Positions 17,323 to 26,796 of a stretch of DNA of 26,796 nt are shown here, piece after piece. The notes under the pieces were generated by a model that saw nothing but the letters and a program-made list of their open reading frames with translations, had not been told where the DNA came from and ran no database searches. The position numbers and the translations under genes are program-made. The first letter of the stretch is position 1. Each line of letters starts with the position of its first letter. Origin of the DNA: a virus (Duplodnaviria; Caudoviricetes); IMG/VR virus record IMGVR_UViG_3300023180_000330, positions 1-26,796 of that record, one strand, 5' to 3'.

Positions 17323-20300
17323 ATGTCGCAAATCACAAATCTCAACGTTGCCCCTTATTATGATGATTTTGATCCTACGGACAACTATCACAGAGTATTG
17401 TTTAAGCCTGGGTATCCAGTTCAGGCGAGAGAATTAACGACGCTCCAATCGATTCTACAGAATCAGATTGAGAGATTTGGACAGCACTTTTTTAAAGAAG
17501 GTGCTAAAGTAATTCCCGGGAACACCGCATATAGTAGGAATTACTTTGCAGTAGAACTAAATACGACACATCAAGGTGTTCCTATTGATGCATATCTCGA
17601 TCAATTAATTGGTTTAAAGATTACCGGAAGAACTTCTGGTGTTACGGCAATTGTCAGTAGTATTCTGACTTCTTCGGATTCTGAGAGAGGAAATCCTACT
17701 CTTTATTTGAATTACCTTGGTTCAAGCACACAAAATAATGAAACACAAGTATTTGCCGATGGCGAAATTCTGAGTGCAGAGGGAGATATTGTTAGTGGAC
17801 TTCTAGGAAATGAAGTCATTGCAAGTGGAGAAGCATTTGGATCAACAATTGCAACTAGTGCGACTTCAACTGGTTCTGCATTTTCAATTTCTAATGGAGT
17901 TTACTTTATAAGAGGACAGTTTGTAAATGTTGAAGATGAGACTCTGATTCTAGATCAGTATACAAATTCACCCTCCTATAGAATTGGCCTTTACATTAAT
18001 GAAGTTATTGTCACTCCAGATCAAGATGAGACCCTGACGGACAACTCTCAAGGGTATAATAACTATGCTGCACCAGGTGCAGATAGACTTAAAGTTAGCG
18101 TTTTTCTCTTCAAGAAGTCTTTGACTGACTTCAATGACGAAAACTTTGTAGAACTTGCCACTGTAGAGAATGGCATCTTAAAAACTGTTAGAAATTCTTC
18201 CCAATATAGTGTCATCAACGATGAACTTGCAAGAAGAACTTATGATGAGTCTGGAAATTACTATGTAAAACCATTTGATATTATTGTCAAAGAATCTCTG
18301 AATGATGGAGAAGGAAATAGAGGTCTTTTAGAAGCAGATCAAGTAACCTCAGGAGGTTCAGTTCCATCTGACGATTTGGCTCTATATCAAATTTCTCCAG
18401 GAAAGGCCTATGTAAAAGGATATGAAATTGAAACGGTAGGATCAACTTTACTTGACTTACCAAAACCAAGAACCACAAAAACAATTGATAACCAGTCAAT
18501 TTTTTATAACACGGGTTCAACTCTCAACTTGAACAGAGTGTATGGAGCACCTCTGGTTGGTGTAGGCAATACTTATATTTTGAGTTTAAGGGATGAAAGA
18601 GTTGGATCGGTTGATGGTGCAGTCGGTGCTGCTCAAACAGAACCTGCTGGTGCTGAAATTGGTGTTGCTAGAGTCTATGACTTTAGATTAGAGTCTGGTT
18701 CATACAATATTTCAAATGGAGATTTGAATGAGTGGAATATCTCTTTATTTGATGTTCAAACAATTACTAAGATTACTCTGAATGAAAATACTACATTAAC
18801 AACTCCAACATTCGTAAAAGGCACCAATAGTGGAGCAACTGGATTCTTAAAAAATAGTATTAGCGACAGTAATGTCATTGAACTATATGATACTTCTGGT
18901 GAGTTTATCAGATATGAGGGGTTTGAGTTTGATGGCCTTGAAAATGGAAGAGTTGCTACAGCAATCACTTCTTATGGATTGTCTGATGTTCAATCAATCT
19001 ACGGTAAAGTTGGAGTAGGAACGACTTTTGCTGCCGACGTTATTCCTTCAACCGATTCCACAATAGGCATTGCCACAATTTCTACGGTGAATGCAAGTGG
19101 AGAGAGTACAGTAATCTCAGCAAATCCACAGTTTCCTGGACTGGTTAGTGTTGGTGATCTTGTTAGTTATACAAGTACTGACATTAATCAAAGTTTTACG
19201 GATCCTGTTTTTGCTACAGTTCAAACGGTCAATGATGCAAGTATTGTCATTTCTGGTGTTACAACTGTCACTGGGATTTGTGAAGGAAGACTGCCAACAA
19301 CTGGAACAAGAATTGAAGTAACTGATTTTAAAGTTCTTGGAACTAAATTATCAACATCAAGTGATAGCACTTTATATACAGCATTACCTAAAGAGAATGT
19401 TTCTTCTCTTGCATTGAATGATTCATTCATCAATCTTAGAAAGTATGAGACAGTAAACATTGCAGACAACGAATTGTCTGCTGTGGTTACTTCTGGCACA
19501 AACGAAACATTCTTGCCATTTGATGAAGAGCGATATTCTCTTATTAGATCTGATGGAACTACAGAAGTATTGACAGCAGACAAGTTTGCTTTAGCAAATA
19601 ACAATACGGAACTTCAAATTTATAATCTTGGAAGTGATGACACTGGAGCACAGTTAATCTATACAGTCAAAAAACTCAAACCAGTTGCTAAGAAAAAGAA
19701 GAAAAATAGAGTAAATTCCCTTATTATTGATAAGTCAAAATTAGTTGCTTCGGGTGTTGGTGCAACAACACTTAATGATGGACTCACATATGGAAATTAT
19801 GCATTTGGAACAAGAGTTCAAGATGAAAGAATTTCTTTAAATGTTAGTGATGTCATTAGCATTCAGGCAATTTATGAATCTGCAGATACTTCTCCAGCGT
19901 CTGCTCCGACTGTTATTTTAGCATCTCTCTCTGGTCCTCAAGGAAAGACAAGTGATCTCTTGATTGGTGAAAAATTTAGAGGACTTACAAGTGGTGCTGT
20001 CGGTGTAGTCGCGGAAAAATTAACTGATACTAAGATTTCATATATTTCAAAAAATACCAACTCCCTTATTGAAGGGGAGACTGTTATCTTTGGCGAAACA
20101 GGACTTGATGCCACTGTTTCTGTTGTGGATGAACCAAGTTTTAATATATCTAAAAACTTTAAGTTCAGCACTGGACAGAGAGGGTCATTCTATGGCGATT
20201 CATCTATAGTAAGAAAAGATGGAATTGATTCTCCAACCAGACAACTGAAAGTATATTTCACCAATGGTTATTTTGAAGCAGCGGATACTGGAGACATAAT

Positions 20301-23300
20301 TACTGCTAATTCATATAGTGAATTTGATTATGTAAAAGATGTTAGATCTATTGATGGCCATAGAAATACTGATATTATTGATATCAGACCAAAGACTTCT
20401 AATTATACTGTAACTGAGGGGGCAAGATCTCCATTTGAATTCTACGGAAGAGTATTTAATGGAGCAGGAAATTTCTCAAGTGTGCTTTCTTCTGATGATG
20501 CATTTGACGTATCATTCTCATTCTATCTTCCAAGAATTGATAGAATTTTCTTAACTCAATCTGGCAAGTTCCAGGTTCAGTATGGAGTCCCATCTGAAAA
20601 GATTGAAAGACCTTTGGCTGTTGATGATGCTATTGAAGTAGCAACTGTTACCCTTCCACCGTATCTTTACGATACTTCTCAAGTCAAATTAGATTTCTTA
20701 CAACATAAGAGATATCGCATGTCCGATATCAAAAATCTTGAGAATAGAATTAGAAATCTTGAGTATTACACTGCTCTTTCTCTGCTTGAGACCAATACTG
20801 CAAACTTCTTTATTCCCGATAGAGACGGTCTTAATAGATTCAAGTCAGGATTCTTTGTTGACAATTTCACATCTCTGAACGCACAAGAAGAATCAGTTCC
20901 ATTTAAAAATAGTTTAGATGCTGAATTAAAAACTTTAAGACCACAGCACTATACAAATGCAATTGATTTAATTCAGGGCCCAGTAGTAAATGTAAATGTT
21001 GGTGCTGATTTGTCAGTTGAGCAACCAGAAGGAGTCAATGTAAGAAAGTCTAATGATGTTATTACTCTAGACTATGCAGATGTTGAGTGGCTTAAACAAT
21101 CATTTGCTACAAGAACTGAAAGTGTAACTCCTTTCTTGGTAAGTTTTTGGCAAGGAACTCTTGAATTGACTCCAGCATCTGATACTTGGGTAGATACTGT
21201 AAGACTTGAAGCGAAAATTATTGATGTTGAAGGTGACTATGAAAATGTAATGGCAAGAGCTGTTGAGGAACATGGTGTTGATCCGCAGACAGGTTTTGCT
21301 CCAGCGATTTGGAATGCCTGGGAAACCAATTGGACAGGTAGAGAAGTAACTCAAACAACAAGAATTAGAGGGACAAATAATCAATCATCTGTCAATATTC
21401 AAGGTCCTGGCGGTAGAAATGTTTACAGAACCTGGACTAGAACTGTCAATCAAAATGTCATTGAAGAAACCTATAGACAGACAAGAGAAACTGGTGTAAT
21501 GTCCAGAACTGGTTCTAGAACCATTGTTACTGAGCAATTCGATAGAACTTCTGTTGGCGATAGAGTTGTAAGTAGAAATGTTGTTCCTTACATGAGGTCT
21601 AGAAATGTTCAATTTGAGGCTAAGAAACTCAAACCACTGACAAGACTTTACGCATTTTTTGATAGTGCTAATGTAACTAAGTTCTGTGTACCCAAGTTGC
21701 TGGAAATTTCCATGACTTCGGGAACTTTTGAAGTTGGAGAAACTGTTGTTGGTTCTATAATCAATGCAGGAACTGGACCCCATAATACAAATTCGCCAAG
21801 AATTACATTCAGAGTTGCTCAAGCAAATCATAAGTCTGGTCAATATGATTCTCCAGATAGAGTATATCGTTTTAGTCCATATAACTCACAACCATTACCT
21901 GAAGCATATTCATCAACATCCACGATTCTTAATGTAGATACATTCTCTCTCGCAAACCAACCACAAGGAGATTTCTTCGGTTATGTCGAGAGAAACATGA
22001 CTCTTGTAGGCAAAACTAGTGGGGCTCAAGCAACAATCACCGATGTAAAACTCATCTCTGATATTACATCATCACTTCAAGGAAGTTTCTTTATTCCTGA
22101 TCCAAATGTAAGCACGAATCCAAGATTTGAGACGGGAACAAGAGTTCTAACATTTGTCAACAGTAGCACTAACAATCAAGAAACTGCAACAACAATTGCA
22201 GAGGAGGGATATGTATCCAGTGGAACTATCGAATCTATTCAAGAAAGTATCGTTTCTGTCAGAAATGCTAGAATTCAGAACAAACTTGAATTTGATAGTA
22301 GATCAGTTTCTAGAACAACTGGAACTCAGTTAGTTAATAGTCGCACAATTCTTAGTCGTCCAATTCAACAAAGAGTTCATTATTGGTACGATCCACTTGC
22401 ACAGTCTTTCTTGGTAGACGATGATACTGGAATTTATCTCACCAAGTGCGATATCTTCTTTAGATCAAAAGATGATTCTGATGTTCCAGTAACTCTTCAA
22501 ATCAGGACTATGAATAATGGTCTGCCAACTCAGAAAATTCTCCCATTCTCTGAAGTAACTTTAGACCCAGATCAGGTCAATATTTCTGGTGATGGATCTG
22601 TTGCAACTACTTTTGAGTTTAAAGCACCAGTTTACTTAGAGGGTAGAGGAAAAGATTATGCTATCTGCGTCGCATCAAATTCTACCAAATATAGTGTATA
22701 TGTTTCAAGGGTTGGTGAAAATGATCTTCTCACCAATACATTTATTTCTAATCAACCATATCTTGGTTCATTATTCAAGTCTCAGAATGCATCTACTTGG
22801 GAACCAAGTCAGTGGGAAGACCTTAAGTTTACTCTTTACAGAGCAGACTTTATTGAGAATGGTTCTGTAGAGTTCTACAATCCACAACTTAAAGAGGGTA
22901 ATGGACAAATTCCTACCCTTCTTGGCAATGCACTTTCCATGAACTCTAAGAAAATTAGAGTTGGTCTTTCTACGACATTCAATGATCCAGATTTGACAAT
23001 TGGCAATACGGTTATCCAGATTGGCTCAGATGCTACCGCTAATTTCGTAGGAACTGCAGGAACTGCTGTTGGAAATATGAATGTGATCAATGCTGGTATT
23101 GGTTACACTGGACCATTTACATATACTGGTGTTGCTCTCACTACAGTAACTGGAAATGGTAGAAATGCCACAGCAGATGTTCAAGTGACTTCTGATGGAA
23201 CTATCGGATTTGCTACAATTTCAACTCCATCTGGAGGTGGTTCTGGTTATCAAGTTGGTGATGTTTTGGGAATCACTACCATTGGAACTAATAATCTTGG

Positions 23301-24837
23301 TGCTGGAGCTAGACTCTCTATAACATCTATAGGAAGCAGCAGTGAACTGATTCTCGATAATGTCCAGGGAGACTTCCTCACTGGTGTTGGTAATACAATT
23401 CAGTTTATTAATAATTCTGGTGTCACAACAACACTAAATTACTCTTCTGGTGGTCCTATTGGTCCATGGACAAGACCAACAGAAATTACCGTTGAAAATG
23501 ATGGACTTCATTTCAAAGTTAACCATAAGAATCATGGAATGTATGATGATGGCAATACGGTTACTATCTCTGGGGTCGCGCCAGATACAAAACCAACTAA
23601 ATTGACTACAGCATATACTGCAGATTCTACTGGGGCACTTTCAGTAGATAACGGTAGTTTGTTCCAGCAATTTGAGAGCGTTGGTGTTGGAACTACAAAT
23701 GTTGGTTATCTTCTGATTGGAGATGAAATTATAGGATTTACAACAGCAACTTCTGGTTCTATCGGAGGAACAATTACTAGAGGTAGCGATCCTAAAGATT
23801 ATCCTGTCGGAACTCCTGTTTATAGATATGAACTTAATGGAGTTTCTCTCAGAAGAATCAATAAGTCGCATGAACTTGCAGATTCTACTGTTGCTGATTC
23901 AATTGGGTATGATCACTATAGATTGAAGATTGATATGTCTGCTGATGGTGCAGATAGAACTGCCTCATCTGGATGGCCAAAACTGTTTGTGAGGGAAAAC
24001 AAGTCTGCTGGTGGATTTGGTATCAAGGCAACACAAAATATGCCTTATGAAATTATTACACCAATTGTTCAAAATATTACTCCAGAAGGAACTAATATTT
24101 CGGCAACAATTAGAACAGTAACTGGTAAGAGTTTGAGTGGAAATGAAATTTCATTCCTTGACAATGGTTTTGAGTCAATTTCTCTAAACAAACCAAATTA
24201 TCTGTCATCTACACGAATTATTACTTCTGATGTCAATTCAGCAAATCTTCTGACATCTCTTCCTGGAAACAAAGCATTTAATATGAGTCTTCAATTATCC
24301 ACCACGGATAGTCGCTTGTCGCCCGTAATTGATGGCCAAAGAGTTAGTACTATTTTGACTTCAAATAGAGTCAATAGTGTTATTGAAGATTTTGCGACGG
24401 ACTCAAGAGTTTCTGGTATTGAGGGAGATCCTTCTTCATTCCAGTACATCTCTAAAGAGATGGGTCTTGAGAATGCAGCAACTTCAATTAAGATTATTAC
24501 TTCTGCTCACATGAATCCATATACTGATATTAGAGCATTTTATGCTCTCGGTAATGATTCTGGATTTGATCCTATCTTTGTTCCATTCCCAGGATGGGAT
24601 AATCTAAATGATAAGGGAGAAATCATCAATCTTGAAGATTGTAATGGAAAATCTGATTCATATGTTGAGTTGATTCAGGCAACTGTTGGTGAAATTGCCG
24701 ATTCTTTCCAAGATTTCACCTTTACGAGAGATAATCTTCCATCATTCAAGCACTTTAGAATCAAACTCGTAATGACTTCTACAAGTCAATCATATCCACC
24801 TTCTCTTAGAGATCTTAGAGTTATCGCTCTGGCATAA
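17323..24837 (+). CDS. vrlC: Large virion structural protein, VrlC-like / DUF4815 family, 2504 aa
   Basis: N-terminus NLNVAPYYDDFD...YHRVLFKPGYPVQARELTTLQSILQNQIERFG, APGADRLK, ELARRTYDESGNY, RFKSGFFVDNF, DPLAQSF, GSLFKSQNASTWEPSQWEDLKF and terminal DLRVIALA characterise the cyanophage protein usually annotated VrlC. SD AAGGA (17315-17319) overlaps the gp8 stop. Confidence 0.85.
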   Translation: MSQITNLNVAPYYDDFDPTDNYHRVLFKPGYPVQARELTTLQSILQNQIERFGQHFFKEGAKVIPGNTAYSRNYFAVELNTTHQGVPIDAYLDQLIGLKITGRTSGVTAIVSSILTSSDSERGNPTLYLNYLGSSTQNNETQVFADGEILSAEGDIVSGLLGNEVIASGEAFGSTIATSATSTGSAFSISNGVYFIRGQFVNVEDETLILDQYTNSPSYRIGLYINEVIVTPDQDETLTDNSQGYNNYAAPGADRLKVSVFLFKKSLTDFNDENFVELATVENGILKTVRNSSQYSVINDELARRTYDESGNYYVKPFDIIVKESLNDGEGNRGLLEADQVTSGGSVPSDDLALYQISPGKAYVKGYEIETVGSTLLDLPKPRTTKTIDNQSIFYNTGSTLNLNRVYGAPLVGVGNTYILSLRDERVGSVDGAVGAAQTEPAGAEIGVARVYDFRLESGSYNISNGDLNEWNISLFDVQTITKITLNENTTLTTPTFVKGTNSGATGFLKNSISDSNVIELYDTSGEFIRYEGFEFDGLENGRVATAITSYGLSDVQSIYGKVGVGTTFAADVIPSTDSTIGIATISTVNASGESTVISANPQFPGLVSVGDLVSYTSTDINQSFTDPVFATVQTVNDASIVISGVTTVTGICEGRLPTTGTRIEVTDFKVLGTKLSTSSDSTLYTALPKENVSSLALNDSFINLRKYETVNIADNELSAVVTSGTNETFLPFDEERYSLIRSDGTTEVLTADKFALANNNTELQIYNLGSDDTGAQLIYTVKKLKPVAKKKKKNRVNSLIIDKSKLVASGVGATTLNDGLTYGNYAFGTRVQDERISLNVSDVISIQAIYESADTSPASAPTVILASLSGPQGKTSDLLIGEKFRGLTSGAVGVVAEKLTDTKISYISKNTNSLIEGETVIFGETGLDATVSVVDEPSFNISKNFKFSTGQRGSFYGDSSIVRKDGIDSPTRQLKVYFTNGYFEAADTGDIITANSYSEFDYVKDVRSIDGHRNTDIIDIRPKTSNYTVTEGARSPFEFYGRVFNGAGNFSSVLSSDDAFDVSFSFYLPRIDRIFLTQSGKFQVQYGVPSEKIERPLAVDDAIEVATVTLPPYLYDTSQVKLDFLQHKRYRMSDIKNLENRIRNLEYYTALSLLETNTANFFIPDRDGLNRFKSGFFVDNFTSLNAQEESVPFKNSLDAELKTLRPQHYTNAIDLIQGPVVNVNVGADLSVEQPEGVNVRKSNDVITLDYADVEWLKQSFATRTESVTPFLVSFWQGTLELTPASDTWVDTVRLEAKIIDVEGDYENVMARAVEEHGVDPQTGFAPAIWNAWETNWTGREVTQTTRIRGTNNQSSVNIQGPGGRNVYRTWTRTVNQNVIEETYRQTRETGVMSRTGSRTIVTEQFDRTSVGDRVVSRNVVPYMRSRNVQFEAKKLKPLTRLYAFFDSANVTKFCVPKLLEISMTSGTFEVGETVVGSIINAGTGPHNTNSPRITFRVAQANHKSGQYDSPDRVYRFSPYNSQPLPEAYSSTSTILNVDTFSLANQPQGDFFGYVERNMTLVGKTSGAQATITDVKLISDITSSLQGSFFIPDPNVSTNPRFETGTRVLTFVNSSTNNQETATTIAEEGYVSSGTIESIQESIVSVRNARIQNKLEFDSRSVSRTTGTQLVNSRTILSRPIQQRVHYWYDPLAQSFLVDDDTGIYLTKCDIFFRSKDDSDVPVTLQIRTMNNGLPTQKILPFSEVTLDPDQVNISGDGSVATTFEFKAPVYLEGRGKDYAICVASNSTKYSVYVSRVGENDLLTNTFISNQPYLGSLFKSQNASTWEPSQWEDLKFTLYRADFIENGSVEFYNPQLKEGNGQIPTLLGNALSMNSKKIRVGLSTTFNDPDLTIGNTVIQIGSDATANFVGTAGTAVGNMNVINAGIGYTGPFTYTGVALTTVTGNGRNATADVQVTSDGTIGFATISTPSGGGSGYQVGDVLGITTIGTNNLGAGARLSITSIGSSSELILDNVQGDFLTGVGNTIQFINNSGVTTTLNYSSGGPIGPWTRPTEITVENDGLHFKVNHKNHGMYDDGNTVTISGVAPDTKPTKLTTAYTADSTGALSVDNGSLFQQFESVGVGTTNVGYLLIGDEIIGFTTATSGSIGGTITRGSDPKDYPVGTPVYRYELNGVSLRRINKSHELADSTVADSIGYDHYRLKIDMSADGADRTASSGWPKLFVRENKSAGGFGIKATQNMPYEIITPIVQNITPEGTNISATIRTVTGKSLSGNEISFLDNGFESISLNKPNYLSSTRIITSDVNSANLLTSLPGNKAFNMSLQLSTTDSRLSPVIDGQRVSTILTSNRVNSVIEDFATDSRVSGIEGDPSSFQYISKEMGLENAATSIKIITSAHMNPYTDIRAFYALGNDSGFDPIFVPFPGWDNLNDKGEIINLEDCNGKSDSYVELIQATVGEIADSFQDFTFTRDNLPSFKHFRIKLVMTSTSQSYPPSLRDLRVIALA

Positions 24838-24839
24838 TT

Positions 24840-25070
24840 ATGAACGAATACGTAAAAGTAAAGGATCACCTGAGTTTAGTCAGGGATCCTCGAACCAATG
24901 CAATACTCAACACTAGCAAGTCTGAGTATGATGAATATATGAAGGCAAGAAAGAAAAATGCCTCAAAAGCAGAACGAGTTGAACAACTTGAAACTGATGT
25001 CAACGATATTAAAAATGATTTGAGTGAAATTAAGTCTCTTTTGCTAGACCTGGCAAGAAAACAAGACTAA
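24840..25070 (+). CDS. Small conserved hypothetical protein with C-terminal coiled coil, 76 aa
   Basis: VKVKDHLSLVRDPRTNAILN followed by heptad pattern VEQLETDVNDIKNDLSEIKSLLLDL; starts 2 nt after the VrlC stop; a similar small gene is recalled at this position in cyanomyoviruses. Confidence 0.85.
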   Translation: MNEYVKVKDHLSLVRDPRTNAILNTSKSEYDEYMKARKKNASKAERVEQLETDVNDIKNDLSEIKSLLLDLARKQD

Positions 25071-25073
25071 ATA
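25066..25073 (+). promoter_or_regulatory. T4-type late promoter upstream of gp13, overlapping the previous stop codon
   Basis: ACTAAATA, with TAA 25068-25070 being the stop; followed by SD AAGGAG (25081-25086) and ATG 25097. Confidence 0.7.
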
Positions 25074-25096
25074 TCAGTATAAGGAGAAATGTGTAA

Positions 25097-25951
25097 ATGG
25101 CACAACCATCTACTAGGCAGGAGCTTATAGACTACTGCAAAAGACAACTTGGATATCCTGTTCTTGAAATCAATGTGGCTGATGAGCAGATTGATGACCT
25201 GGTAGATGACGCCATTCAGTTTTTTCAAGAAAGACATTTTGATGGTGTATACGAAACATATTATAAGTATAAAATTACTCAAAGTGATATTGATAGGGGA
25301 AGAACTAGAGGTGGTAGTAACACCGCAGTAGGTATTGCTACAACTACAGCATCAGTAACAATTGCAGGAGATAGTTCTGCTACTACTTTTACTTTTGAAG
25401 AAAATAGCAATTATTTACAAGTTCCGCCAAATATAATTGGTGTTACTAAATTGTTTCATTTTGATGGGACAAATACAGTAACGAACAATATGTTCAGTGT
25501 TAGATATCAAATGTTCCTTAATGATATCTACTATTGGGGCGCAACTGAGATGTTGACCTATGCAATGACAAAGACATATTTGGAAGATATCAATTTCTTA
25601 TTGACAACTGATAAACAAATACGATTTAATAAGCGACAAGACCGATTATATTTGGATCTTGATTGGGGTTCTGTTAATGCTGATGATTATCTTATTATCC
25701 AATGCCATTCAACATTAGATCCAAATGATTATGCTAGAGTTTGGAATGATTCATTCATCAAACCATATCTCACCGCTTTAATTAAGAGGCAATGGGGAAT
25801 GAATATGATGAAGTTTACTGGAGTTAAACTTCCAGGTGGTGTTGAATTAAATGGTAGACAAATGTATGATGATGCAGAAAAAGACTTAGAAAAAATAATG
25901 GAGAAGATGTCAAATACATATGAACTCCCACCATTCGATATGATCGGTTGA
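25097..25951 (+). CDS. gp13: Neck protein gp13 (head-tail adaptor)
   Basis: 284 aa with LIDYCKRQLGYPVLEINVADEQIDDLVDDAIQFFQERHFDG and YLTALIKRQWGMNMMKFTGVKLPGGVELNG, which are T4 gp13 motifs. Confidence 0.95.
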   Translation: MAQPSTRQELIDYCKRQLGYPVLEINVADEQIDDLVDDAIQFFQERHFDGVYETYYKYKITQSDIDRGRTRGGSNTAVGIATTTASVTIAGDSSATTFTFEENSNYLQVPPNIIGVTKLFHFDGTNTVTNNMFSVRYQMFLNDIYYWGATEMLTYAMTKTYLEDINFLLTTDKQIRFNKRQDRLYLDLDWGSVNADDYLIIQCHSTLDPNDYARVWNDSFIKPYLTALIKRQWGMNMMKFTGVKLPGGVELNGRQMYDDAEKDLEKIMEKMSNTYELPPFDMIG

Positions 25952-25955
25952 TATT

Positions 25956-26796
25956 ATGGCATTAAATCCTTTCTTTCTTCAAGGTGCTCCATCAGAACAG
26001 AATCTGATTCAGGACTTAATTAATGAACAACTTCGTATGTATGGAGTTGAAGTTCATTATATGCCCAGAAAATTTATTACAGAAAAAACTGTTATTAGAG
26101 AAGTTATTGAATCTGAGTTTGATGAAGCCCATCCAATTGAAGCATATGTAGAAAACTTTGAGGGATATGGCGATCAGACAACAATTTTATCTAAATTTGG
26201 AATCCAATCAACTCAAGAAATAACTCTCACAATTTCAAAAGAAAGATTTGAGAATTATATTTCTCCACTTTTAGCAGGAAAAGATAATATAAAAATTAGC
26301 AATAGGCCTAAAGAAGGTGACCTAATTTATTTCCCTCTTGGGGATAGATTATTTGAAATTAAGTTTGTAGAGCACGAAAAACCTTTCTATCAGTTACAGA
26401 AAGGATACGTATATACAGTAAAGTGTGAACTCTTCAGATACGAAAACGAAGTTATCGATACTGATATTGCTGAAATTGATGATTCGATTGCGGGAACTTT
26501 AGGTGCTTCTGATTCAGAACTTCTGGGTGGTGATGCAATGACAACACTCCTAAGTCTTGTTGGGGTTGGAACAACTGCATTAGCAACTGTAGGGTATATT
26601 TCTGATGGTGGTATTAGACAAATTAGTGTCACAAATCGTGGCGGCGGATATACTTACAATCCAAGAGTTGCAATATCATCCTCTCCAGGTGTAACTGGAA
26701 TAGCAACTGCGGAGAGAATTTCTGGAATTGTTGCCTGCGAACTCAACGCAAATCCAGTCGCAGAATCTATTCAAAGAGTTCTTCTTACAAATCCAG
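25956..26796 (+). CDS. gp14: Neck protein gp14 (head closure), 3'-truncated by the window edge
   Basis: Absent from the ORF track because there is no stop in the window. Manual translation from ATG 25956 gives MALNPFFLQGAPSEQNLIQDLINEQLRMYGVEVHYMPRK...LSKFGIQ...RPKEGDLIYFPLGDRLFEIKFVEHEKPFYQLQKGYVYTVKCELFRYENE, typical gp14 motifs; follows gp13. Confidence 0.93.
   Translation, partial: MALNPFFLQGAPSEQNLIQDLINEQLRMYGVEVHYMPRKFITEKTVIREVIESEFDEAHPIEAYVENFEGYGDQTTILSKFGIQSTQEITLTISKERFENYISPLLAGKDNIKISNRPKEGDLIYFPLGDRLFEIKFVEHEKPFYQLQKGYVYTVKCELFRYENEVIDTDIAEIDDSIAGTLGASDSELLGGDAMTTLLSLVGVGTTALATVGYISDGGIRQISVTNRGGGYTYNPRVAISSSPGVTGIATAERISGIVACELNANPVAESIQRVLLTNP

Noticed and set aside
19690-19710. 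Polybasic KKKKKNR resembling a nuclear localisation signal
   Set aside because: Short Lys run in an AT-rich phage gene; no reason to infer a targeting function.
16537-26632. Short alternative-frame and antisense ORFs within gp8, VrlC-like, gp13 and gp14, including the adjacent 21100-21384 and 21385-21843 pair
   Set aside because: They overlap well-supported conserved genes and their translations show no family features.
1-26796. CRISPR arrays, tRNA/rRNA genes, DGR template/variable repeats, invertible cassettes
   Set aside because: Intergenic gaps are all under 60 nt, no long nucleotide-level repeats were noticed by eye, and no reverse transcriptase or recombinase is encoded in the window.

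Overview
An AT-rich window carrying the virion baseplate/neck module of a T4-like myovirus. Gene content, order and protein style fit a T4-like cyanophage (Kyanoviridae-type); the host cannot be proven from the sequence. All credible genes are on the + strand: a 5'-truncated hypothetical, a 50-aa hypothetical, gp25, gp6, a gp7-type baseplate wedge initiator in two ORFs (503 aa + 3734 aa), gp8, a 2504-aa VrlC/DUF4815-type structural protein, a 76-aa coiled-coil protein, gp13 and a 3'-truncated gp14 that the ORF track missed. T4-type late promoter boxes (TAAATA core) precede gp25, the second gp7 ORF, gp8 and gp13. The most unusual feature is the apparent fission of gp7 by a segment of about 320 bp. 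It adds a His-rich mini-domain and a Ser/Gly tail to the first half, and its stop codon doubles as a late promoter for the second half. Family calls come from motif recognition and synteny only; no searches were run.
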